Source of the DNA: an uncultured virus (IMG/VR IMGVR_UViG_3300011337_000167)
Taxonomy: Duplodnaviria > Heunggongvirae > Uroviricota > Caudoviricetes
Reading direction: 5' to 3' (one strand)
Virus record (IMG/VR): IMGVR_UViG_3300011337_000167
DNA: 20,000 nucleotides
Positions 6,859 through 15,900 of this stretch are shown in pieces (within the stretch, counting starts at the first letter, position 1; each line of letters opens with the position of its first letter). Below the pieces are notes generated by a model that was given only the letters and a program-made list of their open reading frames with translations, was not told the origin of the DNA and made no database searches. A program made the position numbers and the translations under genes.

Positions 6859-8236
6859 CATCCTAACGGATTACAACTGGCCTGGTAAACATAAGCCTTT
6901 TGCACACCAAAAGCAAACTTCTGAGTTCTTAACGCTTAACCGCAAGGCTTTCTGCTTTAACGAGCAGGGCACAGGTAAAACGGCTAGCGTAATATGGGCA
7001 GCTGACTACCTATTGAACCTAGGCGTTATCCGTCGTGTGCTTGTAATTTGCCCCTTATCTATTATGAGGTCGGCATGGCAACAGGACTTATTTAAGTTTG
7101 CGATTCACCGCACATGCGATATAGCCCATGGTAGCCCAGTACAACGCAAAAAAATACTTGCCAACAATGCTGAGTTTGTCATTATTAACTTTGATGGGGT
7201 AGACATCGTCAAAGAAGAAGTCCTAAAAGGTGGGTTTGACCTAATCGTAGTAGATGAGGCAAGTGCCTACAAAAATGCACAAACAACCCGTTGGAAGACG
7301 CTCAGAGACATAGCCGCCCAAGTTAAGGGTATGTGGATGCTTACTGGTACTCCAGCAGCACAATCCCCCGTAGACGCATTTGGCCTCGCTAAGCTTATTA
7401 ATCCTAATAACACCCCTAAATTTTATGGTCAGTTCCGTGACCAAGTTATGTTCAAGGTAGGTACTTATCGTTGGATACCAAAACCCCAAGCCCAATCCGT
7501 TGTACATAAAGTGTTACAACCTGCTATTCGGTTTGAGAAAGATCAATGCCTAGACCTACCTGATGTAACTTTTGTAGAACGGGATGCCCCGCTTACCCCC
7601 CAGCAAATAAAGTATTACAAAATACTCAAACAACAAATGTTGATACATGCAGATGGAGAGCAAGTTACTTCAGTAAACGCAGCTACCAACATCAACAAGC
7701 TACTGCAGATCTCTGGCGGTGCGGTATATACCGATACTAAAGAAGTCATACAGTTTGACGTATCCAACCGCTTACGGGTTATTGAAGAGGTTATTAACGA
7801 AGCTTCACATAAGGTCCTGGTGTTTGTTCCATTTACTCATACTATAGAACTACTAAGAACTTATTTAACCGCAGCTAATATTACTTGTGAAGTCATTAAT
7901 GGGCAAGTGCCTGTAAATAAAAGGCACGACATAATCAAAGACTTCCAAGAGACCGATAACACTAGGGTCTTGATAATACAACCCCAAGCAGCATCTCACG
8001 GGTTAACACTAACAGCTGCTAATGTAATCATTTGGTATGCTCCTGTGACTAGCGTGGAAACATACTTGCAAGCTAATGCACGTATTAACCGCCCGGGGCA
8101 GAAGAACCCCATGACCATTGTGCATATCAAAGGAAGTGAAGTAGAAGCAAAGCTATACAGAATGTTACAAAATAATATAGATAGCCACACAAAAATAATT
8201 GACTTATATAGACAAGAAATTGAAGATATAGCTTGA
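6842..8236 (+). CDS. SNF2-family (SF2) helicase
   Basis: PFAHQ (Q motif), EQGTGKT, VVDEAS, LTGTP, HGLTLT, QANARINRPGQ. The start is uncertain; ATG 6842 is chosen because 6710-6841 lies within the HNH gene. Confidence 0.93.
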   Translation: MQARNSILTDYNWPGKHKPFAHQKQTSEFLTLNRKAFCFNEQGTGKTASVIWAADYLLNLGVIRRVLVICPLSIMRSAWQQDLFKFAIHRTCDIAHGSPVQRKKILANNAEFVIINFDGVDIVKEEVLKGGFDLIVVDEASAYKNAQTTRWKTLRDIAAQVKGMWMLTGTPAAQSPVDAFGLAKLINPNNTPKFYGQFRDQVMFKVGTYRWIPKPQAQSVVHKVLQPAIRFEKDQCLDLPDVTFVERDAPLTPQQIKYYKILKQQMLIHADGEQVTSVNAATNINKLLQISGGAVYTDTKEVIQFDVSNRLRVIEEVINEASHKVLVFVPFTHTIELLRTYLTAANITCEVINGQVPVNKRHDIIKDFQETDNTRVLIIQPQAASHGLTLTAANVIIWYAPVTSVETYLQANARINRPGQKNPMTIVHIKGSEVEAKLYRMLQNNIDSHTKIIDLYRQEIEDIA

Positions 8237-8260
8237 CATTGTCAAAGTCATTGGTATACT
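8233..8260 (+). promoter_or_regulatory. Sigma70-type promoter with extended -10, -35 embedded in palindrome TTGACA-T-TGTCAA
   Basis: TTGACA 8233-8238, 16-nt spacer, TG 8252-8253, TATACT 8255-8260. Same geometry as the promoter at 736. Confidence 0.8.
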
Positions 8261-8288
8261 AGTGGTTCGTAGTTAGAAGGAGCTAAAA

Positions 8289-8696
8289 ATGAGTGATGTA
8301 GAAGTTATAGCAACAGACAAGCTTGCCGAGATTTATATAAAGATTAGAGACAAGCGAGCTGAGCTAAAGGAGAAGTTCGAGCAACAAGATGAAGAGCTCA
8401 AGGCTCAACAAGACTTGCTTGCAGAAAAAATGCTTGACGTATGTCGTGATAACAATGCTGACAGCATCAAGACACCAGCAGGGACAATTATTCGTAAAGT
8501 GGATACACGGTACTGGACGACTGATTGGGATTCTATGTATCAGTTCATACAAGAACATGATGCCTACCCCCTGCTCGAGAAAAGATTGCATCAAACCAAT
8601 CTTAAGCAGTTTCTCGAAGAGAATCCAAATCTGTTACCTGCTGGTTTACAAGCAGACAGTAAATACACCGTGGTCGTTAGAAGGAGCAAAGCATGA
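8289..8696 (+). CDS. Conserved phage replication-module protein with N-terminal coiled coil
   Basis: SD AAGGAG 8277-8282; coiled coil followed by SIKTPAGT..R...DWD..Y.FI. Confidence 0.85.
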   Translation: MSDVEVIATDKLAEIYIKIRDKRAELKEKFEQQDEELKAQQDLLAEKMLDVCRDNNADSIKTPAGTIIRKVDTRYWTTDWDSMYQFIQEHDAYPLLEKRLHQTNLKQFLEENPNLLPAGLQADSKYTVVVRRSKA

Positions 8697-9568
8697 GTAA
8701 TATTTCTATTTTTCAGCAACAAAACTCAGTAGCAACTAATCGTGAGGTTAGTGAATTATCTAAAGCCCTAGCGGATAGTGGGGGCGGTACTAGTCGTCGT
8801 ATCACCATGGCTAAGGGTGTATTTCGTAGGATCGTAAACGGCAAAGAAGCTGGTAAGGTTAAAGATGGTTTCCTAAATGTCATCATTATTAATGCACTAC
8901 CAAAAGTATCTCGTCAGTTCTACGCTACTGCGTTTGACCCTGATGCAGCCCCAACTCTACCTGACTGCTGGTCTAATTTAGGTGATGTACCTGATCCCAA
9001 AGCCGCTAACGCTCAGTCCACAAGTTGCGCTACCTGCCCACAAAACATTGATGGTTCTGGTACTAATGGCAAAGGTCGTGCATGCCGATTCAATCGTCGT
9101 ATTGCCTTGTTGCTTGAAAACGATATGAGTGGTGACATCTACCAATTTAATATTCCTGCCAAGTCTTTATTTGGTAAGGGTGTTGGTAATACGCATCCGT
9201 TTGAGAGTTACACTAAGTTTTTGCCAGCCAATGGCGAGAGCATTGATCGCATCATTACTCAGATTAGCTTTGATGAGAATGAGACCGCTGATGTGCTGAA
9301 GTTTACCCCCGTGCGTCATTTGACCGACGAAGAGATTGATGTAGTCGAAGCAGCTCAAGCTACTCAAGAGTCCAAGCGGGTTATTCAGTTGACTGTAGCT
9401 CAGCAAGACGGTGTTGTTAAGTTGCCACCAGCAGCTAAAGCAGTTCCTGAAGCCGAGGCTGAAGTAGTTGAAGAGCCTGTTGTTAAACGAGCTAAGAAAG
9501 CTGAAGTGCCTCCCGCTGCACCTAAAGCAAAGTTAGCAGATGTCGTTAACGCTTGGTCGGATAACTAA
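8693..9568 (+). CDS. Conserved phage protein, putative ssDNA-binding/annealing protein
   Basis: SD AAGGAG 8681-8686; beta-rich core with PDCWS, CATCPQN, ACRF; Ala/Pro/Glu/Lys-rich tail ending WSDN. Function inferred from position and tail only. Confidence 0.6.
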   Translation: MSNISIFQQQNSVATNREVSELSKALADSGGGTSRRITMAKGVFRRIVNGKEAGKVKDGFLNVIIINALPKVSRQFYATAFDPDAAPTLPDCWSNLGDVPDPKAANAQSTSCATCPQNIDGSGTNGKGRACRFNRRIALLLENDMSGDIYQFNIPAKSLFGKGVGNTHPFESYTKFLPANGESIDRIITQISFDENETADVLKFTPVRHLTDEEIDVVEAAQATQESKRVIQLTVAQQDGVVKLPPAAKAVPEAEAEVVEEPVVKRAKKAEVPPAAPKAKLADVVNAWSDN

Positions 9569-9570
9569 TA

Positions 9571-9807
9571 ATGAGCTACGGCTATAGTGCTAAAACTATA
9601 GAGCTTAACAAGAAAGCTGGTAATACTAGGCTTGGGGTTGCGCTGGGTAGAGCTGCAATAAAAAAGGGTGTATCGGTTGCTGATATAGCAGAGATGTTAA
9701 ATGTTAGTCGGCAGACGGTATACAACTGGTTTATTGGGGCATACGATCCTAAGCCGGAGCTATCTAAAAGTATCACCAAGCTTATAGCTAATAGACTTAG
9801 TAAGTAA
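9571..9807 (+). CDS. Cro/XRE-like HTH transcriptional regulator
   Basis: GVSVADIAEMLNVSRQTVYNWFIG is a canonical HTH_XRE pattern. Confidence 0.88.
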   Translation: MSYGYSAKTIELNKKAGNTRLGVALGRAAIKKGVSVADIAEMLNVSRQTVYNWFIGAYDPKPELSKSITKLIANRLSK

Positions 9808-9830
9808 TAAAAAGCATCACCGGAAGGTGA

Positions 9831-9854
9831 GGGGGGATTAGTCCCCCCTTTTTT
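9831..9854 (+). terminator. Intrinsic terminator / possible attenuator upstream of primase
   Basis: GGGGGGA-TTAG-TCCCCCC followed by TTTTTT, preceded by the hairpin TCACC-GGAA-GGTGA (9817-9830). Confidence 0.75.
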
Positions 9855-9875
9855 CCCCCTAACAACGAGACGAGA

Positions 9876-12716
9876 ATGGCAAATATAGACCTACTAAACA
9901 GAGTGCAAAGCCCCAATGGGTGGCTGACCGTGCTCGGCTTAAAAGGTAAATCTGCTATACAAGAGCTTGTTCAAACACGAGAAGAATTCGATAAGCACGT
10001 AGAAGACTTTCTGTCTAAGGGCAGAGATGTTTATTTTGGTGTCGCTAAGTTTGAGACCGACTTAAACCGCAAGAAAGAGAATGTAAAAGACCTCAAAGCA
10101 TTTTGGCTTGACTTGGATTGTGGTGAAGCAAAAGCAGAAGTAAATCCAAAAACAAACCGCCCCGATGGTTATATTGACCAAGTAGCAGGTCTTCAAGCTC
10201 TACAAGATTTCTGCAAATTAATCGGATTACCCAAGCCTTTACTTGTTAATTCAGGTAGGGGCATCCATGCGTACTGGCCTCTTACTAAACCTATTACTCG
10301 GGAAGAATGGGAACCAGTTGCTAATCGTTTGAACGAACTATGCGTATTGCATAACCTTTATGTCGATGCAAGTGTATTTGAGATAGCCCGAGTGCTTAGA
10401 GTGCCCGGAACATTAAACTTTAAAGATAATCCACCTAAACCAGTAGAAGTAATTTCAGATGCACCCGATGTAGATTACGAGGCATTTAAGAACCTTTTGG
10501 GTGTTAAAGAAGCACCAAAGAAACCTACTGCACCCAAAGAGTTAAGTGAGTTACAAAAAGCCATGGCTGCTAATACCGTATCTCGGTTTAGCAAAATTAT
10601 GATTCGCAGTGCAAATGGCGAAGGGTGCGCACAATTACTGTATCAGTATCAAAATCAAGAGTCTGTATCCGAACCTATGTGGTTCAATGCGTTATCCATT
10701 GCACACCGATGCGTGGACAGAGAGACTGCAATCCATAAGATTTCAGAGAATCACCCTGAATATTCACCCGAGAATACGGAGGAAAAAGCAAGCCATACAG
10801 CGTTTGCTCAGCGTTGCAGTACGTTTGAGAAAAATAACCCAGGTGGTTGTGAAGGTTGCCAATGGAAGGGACGCATCGGTTCTCCTATTGCATTAGGCAG
10901 AGAAATAGTTAAAGCAGAAGATACAGAAGTCCACGACACACAAGAGATAGAAGATGCGGTTACATACAAAATACCTTCTTTCCCGTTCCCATACTTCCGT
11001 GGGAAGAACGGTGGCATCTACATCACTATTAAAGATGAAGAGGAATCAGAACCAATTTGTGTATACGAACACGATTTGTATGTTGTAAAGCGTATGCACG
11101 ATCCAGACCCTGCGGTTGGAGAACTTGTATTACTACGTTTGCATTTACCTAAAGACGGTGTGCGGGAGTTTACGATTCCGCTTTCTACCGTAGCAGTAAA
11201 AGAAAGATTACGTGAAGCGTTGTCAACAAAAGGCGTCGCTGGGATGCCAAAGCAGATGGATCAGTTGATGGCGTTTTTAATGTTATTTATTAAAGAGTTG
11301 CAATATAAAGGAAGGGCAGAATTAATGAGGACACAATTTGGCTGGGTGGATAAGAACAGCAAGTTTATTATTGGCGATAGAGAGATTAGCAAAGACGGCA
11401 CATTCCACAGCCCACCTTCTGCAAACACAAGGCAGTTCACCGAAGTTATGCACCCCATGGGTACGCTAGAGAAATGGAAGGAAGTGTTTAATCTGTATGG
11501 CGCCCCTGGATTAGAACCCCATGCGTTTGCTGCGCTTACTGCGTTTGGCGCGCCGCTTCTTAAGTTTACTGGTCATAGCGGAGCAATCATAAACCTGATT
11601 CACAAAGAGTCAGGCACAGGTAAATCTACTGCTTTGTATATGTGTAATAGCGTGTACGGACACCCTGATAGGCTAGCTGGAATTTGGAAAGACACCCTAG
11701 CCGCCAAGATGTTGCATATAGGCATTATGAATAACCTGCCGTTTACGATTGATGAGATTACCAACATTAGCCCTGCCGAGTTTTCTACGCTGGCTTATAG
11801 CATGTCACAAGGTCGTGGTGCTAATAGGTCTAGGTCAGATAAAAACGAGATGCGTATTAACAACACCACTTGGCAGACCATATCGTTGGCTAGTTCAAAC
11901 GCTAGTTTCTACGAGAAGTTAGGGGTGCACAAGAACAGTCCGGATGGTGAGAGCATGCGCCTATTAGAGTATCAGATACATCCAAGCAATATTATCCCTG
12001 TACATGTGGCTAAGGAGATGTTCGACCACCAACTTAAAGAAAATTATGGGCATGCTGGGGACATCTATTGCAGTTACTTAGTTAATAACTTAGAAGATAC
12101 GGTCAGCAACTTGTTGGCTATCCAGCAGAAGATTGATAAAGAGATGCGCCTAACCAGCAAAGAGCGTTTTTGGTCTGCTGCTATTGCTTGTAATATTACA
12201 GGCGGTTTGGTTGCCCGTATGCTTGGGTTGCATGACTACGATATGAAGGCTATTTATGCTTGGTCTATGCAGATGCTTTCCACAGTACGGCAAGACATCG
12301 CACCTCCAGCTAATAACGCCGCAGCTATTATTGGTGACTACATTAACCGTAATATTCAAAATATGTTGGTTGTAAACAACGAAGTAGACAAGCGTACTAA
12401 TATGCACTCGGCACCCGTACAGGAGCCAAGAGGCGAGCTAAGGATACGCTACGAACCCGATACTAAGATGATGTACATCGTAGCCAAAGACTTTAAAAAG
12501 GATTGTGTGGAGTCACAAGCCCCATACAAAGAGACTCTTAACGAGCTAAAAGCTCGAGGTGTTTACACAAAAGCCGATACTAAGCAGATGTCCAAAGGCA
12601 TGCGTGTTACATCTCCGGGGGTGCATGCATTGTTTTTTGACTGCTCTGTGCCTGATTTTATTGACATGGATGCGGTCGTAGCGCCGATTATCGAAAATGT
12701 TAGTAGAGAAGATTAG
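9876..12716 (+). CDS. Primase-helicase fusion (AEP/RepB-like primase + Cys-rich linker domain + DUF927/P-loop helicase)
   Basis: AEP motifs FWLDLDCG, VNSGRGIHAYW, RVLRVPGT. Middle domain has Cys cluster ending CSTF...GGCEGC. QFGW (DUF927-like), Walker A ESGTGKST, Walker B TIDEIT, SQGRG..R. Confidence 0.9.
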   Translation: MANIDLLNRVQSPNGWLTVLGLKGKSAIQELVQTREEFDKHVEDFLSKGRDVYFGVAKFETDLNRKKENVKDLKAFWLDLDCGEAKAEVNPKTNRPDGYIDQVAGLQALQDFCKLIGLPKPLLVNSGRGIHAYWPLTKPITREEWEPVANRLNELCVLHNLYVDASVFEIARVLRVPGTLNFKDNPPKPVEVISDAPDVDYEAFKNLLGVKEAPKKPTAPKELSELQKAMAANTVSRFSKIMIRSANGEGCAQLLYQYQNQESVSEPMWFNALSIAHRCVDRETAIHKISENHPEYSPENTEEKASHTAFAQRCSTFEKNNPGGCEGCQWKGRIGSPIALGREIVKAEDTEVHDTQEIEDAVTYKIPSFPFPYFRGKNGGIYITIKDEEESEPICVYEHDLYVVKRMHDPDPAVGELVLLRLHLPKDGVREFTIPLSTVAVKERLREALSTKGVAGMPKQMDQLMAFLMLFIKELQYKGRAELMRTQFGWVDKNSKFIIGDREISKDGTFHSPPSANTRQFTEVMHPMGTLEKWKEVFNLYGAPGLEPHAFAALTAFGAPLLKFTGHSGAIINLIHKESGTGKSTALYMCNSVYGHPDRLAGIWKDTLAAKMLHIGIMNNLPFTIDEITNISPAEFSTLAYSMSQGRGANRSRSDKNEMRINNTTWQTISLASSNASFYEKLGVHKNSPDGESMRLLEYQIHPSNIIPVHVAKEMFDHQLKENYGHAGDIYCSYLVNNLEDTVSNLLAIQQKIDKEMRLTSKERFWSAAIACNITGGLVARMLGLHDYDMKAIYAWSMQMLSTVRQDIAPPANNAAAIIGDYINRNIQNMLVVNNEVDKRTNMHSAPVQEPRGELRIRYEPDTKMMYIVAKDFKKDCVESQAPYKETLNELKARGVYTKADTKQMSKGMRVTSPGVHALFFDCSVPDFIDMDAVVAPIIENVSRED

Positions 12717-12891
12717 TTATAACGTCAACTGGAAAAACTTTAAGACAGGGTATTCAATCTTCATACCTTGCCTTGATCCTGACGTTGCTAAGAAAGACAT
12801 TCTGCGTGTTACAAAAAGACTGAAGATGGAAGTTTTGTTTAAAGTAGTAATAGAAGAAGGTGTAAAAGGTTTACGCATCTGGAGAATTTAA
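12697..12891 (+). CDS. Small conserved hypothetical protein
   Basis: 64 aa, overlapping the primase stop; W..F..G.SIFIPC...GLRIWRI pattern. Confidence 0.75.
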   Translation: MLVEKISYNVNWKNFKTGYSIFIPCLDPDVAKKDILRVTKRLKMEVLFKVVIEEGVKGLRIWRI

Positions 12892-12898
12892 CTATACT
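12870..12898 (+). promoter_or_regulatory. Sigma70-type promoter with no downstream + strand gene
   Basis: TTTACG (12870-12875), 17-nt spacer, TATACT (12893-12898). Confidence 0.6.
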
Positions 12899-12903
12899 CG
12901 AGC

Positions 12904-12981
12904 ACAGAACAGCTCGTCTGTTTCTCCTCGGAAGTTAGCTCCTTCCACACTCTTTGCCCCCGCCTCGTGCGGGGGTTTTTT
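12904..12981 (+). ncRNA. Candidate trans-acting sRNA with multiple anti-RBS segments
   Basis: Bounded by a promoter and an intrinsic terminator. Three hairpins: AACAG-ctcgt-CTGTT, GGAAG-ttagctc-CTTCC, CCCCCGC-ctcgt-GCGGGGG. Perfect 9-11 nt complementarity to the start regions of ORFs 116, 4291 and 8289. Confidence 0.6.
12956..12981 (+). terminator. Rho-independent terminator
   Basis: GCCCCCGC-CTCGT-GCGGGGG then TTTTTT, between convergent gene blocks. Confidence 0.9.
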
Positions 12982-15900
12982 ATTTGTACTGCGGAGAACG
13001 AGTGCCTTCTACTAATGGGTAGACAAATGGAGCTTCTTTATCTGAGACAGATAACCCTTGATATGCTTTGCCACGACGCTCAGCACGAGACTGCAACGAC
13101 TTACTAACTGTTTCACCATTAATGGCTAGCATTGCATTCTTAGTATTAAATTTATCTATTTCTTCTAATATCTTGTCAATCTTGTCGTCATCATCCTGAC
13201 GCACTGCAATATCTAAACGATTTAATATATTTTGTTTTTCTCTGTTTATCTCTGTCACTATCTGTTTAGCCATAAAGTTAGCCTTTTGTACTTGCGCCAC
13301 TTCGGTGCTTCCAAAGCCTAAAGTTTGTGCAAGCAGTTTGCCTGTTGTGTAGAACTCTGGGTTCATCAACTCATCACCTTTAGTAGTAGTTGCGCCTTCG
13401 CTCTTTAGCCTCATTGAGGTTAAACCACCTCTAAGCCACGCTGGAGAAAGTTTTTCAAAAGCCCTACTAACCTGCCCATTATTCCAATCGTCGTAAGCAC
13501 CTGCAAAATTTGCACCCACGCTACCAATTGGACCAGTCCAACTAAACGCAAAGTTTATAAATGCTTGACGAGAAGTTTCTGCAGGAGCATCACTTCTAAA
13601 CCACAACCCATCTAAAGAAGTAGAAGTACCTACGTTTAAATCGGTATAAGCAGATATTGGACCCATTTCAACACCACGAGATAACGTAGCAGCTTGCTCT
13701 TCAGTTAAGTTAAAGAAGTTAGCTAGACTGCTATCGGGACCAAAGTAGCTAGGAATAAACGAATTTCTAAACCATAAGTCTAAGCTGCGTTTACCAAGGG
13801 GATTACCTTCGTCGTCTTCGTCGTAGTCTTCGTCTTCTTCATCTCGAAGTAGTTCACGCATACCTTCTGCCATACCCATAATAAAGCTATATAAAGGGAA
13901 ACCTGTAACACCAGCAAATAGACCAGTCATACCCAGTGTGCCAAAGAACTTAATAGCCGCTTCTTTCTTTTCTTCTTTATTCAATAATGGCAGCATGCCG
14001 TAGAAGTTACGTACTAAATACGATGTCATCTGTAGCGGGTAGGTCAAGAACTGGAATGCTAAGCGTCCAGCAGCACTCTTCATTGGGGGCGGTTTGTTGT
14101 ATTGAGTGTAGTTAAATAAAGCATCGTAGGTTAGCTTTAGGGCTCTTTTAGTAGCTGCATCAAACGCAGCCTTGTCGTCCATACCCTTTTGCTTTGCGTC
14201 TGCGTAAGCTAGTTCAAAACTGGACATGAACATAATTTCACGAGAAATACGCTCAGCGTGGTGGAATGCGCCACCCATTAAATTAAATGTAAACCTAGTC
14301 CCTCTTTCTACTAAACCTTGATAACGAGTACTGGGGGCTGCAGCCATTGCCGTCATATCCCCTGCATAGGTAGACATAAATATATCTTTGTCATTGGCAA
14401 AGTTCCAAGCGTCTTTTAGTACTTTTCTGTACGCTAAATTTTTGTGTTCGTTTACGTACTTAGAGTCATTAATAGATGGCTGACCCCACGAAGTTACTAC
14501 GTTTCCGTTCTCGTCTTTTTTAGTTGTGCCAAATTTATTCCATAAAGCACCATACCTAGCAGCAGTTGCAGTAGCTTTGCCAATACCAAACTCAGCCCCA
14601 AGGGTAGGTAAGCCAACAATCGGTAGCTGGGTCATCTGTACTAATGCAGATTTAGGAGAAGTCAGAAGCCAATAGAACACAAACTTATTACCAATGGAAG
14701 CAACTTGATCCCAATCAAGCCCTTCTTCAGGCACTGTGGGAGTAATTTCATTAATAGCTCGGTTACTAACTTCTCTAATAATAGTAGCTAGCTTTAGCTT
14801 ATCCGGATTTTGCTGTATCTCTGCATATGCAGCAGCTATGCCATTGCGAATCTTATCTGAGTACTTTAGTCGAGCTAGCTGATTAGCAGCGGTATGCTGG
14901 CTAACAATAAAGTTGCGGATTGCATCGGCACTAAAACCAGTCTTGCCTTGGCGGTGTACAAACTTACGACGGATGTCCTTATCTGGTAGAGTCATCAAGT
15001 ACATTTGATAGATATTGTCTTTAACAGCATCAATATCCGACATCTTGTTTTTATCTAACATTGCAAAGATTTCTTTAAGCATATCGCTAGATTCAATATG
15101 TTTTTCTCTTAGTTTGCGAATGTCATTTCCAATATCTATGTCGCCATCGGCAATCATCTGGTCTTTAGTACGCTTGTCCCCAGCTTTATTAAGTTCAGCA
15201 ACACGGGCTTCAATGGCGTTGTTACGAGCAACTTCCCCTTCAAACATATAGAACTCGCCACTCTTGCCCTTGCCTACGCTAAACCAGAAGTTACCATAAC
15301 GCATTAATGGGAAATAAACCTCAAGTTGTTTAGCTTCTTGGAAAGTTTTAGTAATAGCCGCAATTAATTTGCCTTTTGGAGTAGACGCATCGTTAATATC
15401 TCCAGGTACGTTAGAAGCCGCAATCTTTTCTTTTAGCAACTGCTCATGCGTGTCAAAGGTTTTTTTGTAGCTATCTTTAGCCATCTTATATATGGCATGC
15501 CCTTCGCCTTTTCCAAATTTACCTAACTGCTCCCAACCACCCATGGTGTATTTCTCACCAGTAACAGGGTTGTTATAAGCGCCGCCTTCATACACTAATT
15601 TAATTGCTGCAGTGCGCTCAGTTCTTTGTTTTTTAAGGTTAGGTAAAGTTTTAGGGTCCGTAGACGGATTAAGAATGTCATTTTCAATGCGCTGTAACTT
15701 AGGATCATTCTTTATAGCGGTTGCCGCATCGGGGTGTTTAGTAGGGTCTACCTCTAACAAAGTAGATGCGTTAATTAAATCCGCAAGTATATTGCCGCCT
15801 TCTTCGTATTTTTCATTAAAGTTAATCCAAGCAGGAGTTTTTTCAGCAAGCTCACGGATCATTTGCACCCGCATGCCAGCCATGTCGTCTACAGCGTTGT

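Noticed and set aside
7631..7642. Palindrome CAACA-AA-TGTTG (similar AACA-AA-TGTT at 5051-5060) as extra operator copies
   Set aside because: The centre is 2 nt instead of 1 and both are mid-CDS; probably chance.
8233..8245. FNR/CRP-family host regulator box
   Set aside because: The half-site spacing is TTGAC-N3-GTCAA, not the N4 of FNR-type TTGAT-N4-ATCAA; it fits the phage's own palindrome family better.
862..12407. Numerous short minus-strand and alternate-frame ORFs in the track (e.g. 1843-2400, 7241-7507, 8389-8700, 10609-10896)
   Set aside because: They lie within well-supported genes and have no recognisable motifs.
13809..13845. TCG/TCT trinucleotide-like repeat
   Set aside because: It simply encodes the acidic stretch DEEDEDYDEDDE of the giant protein.
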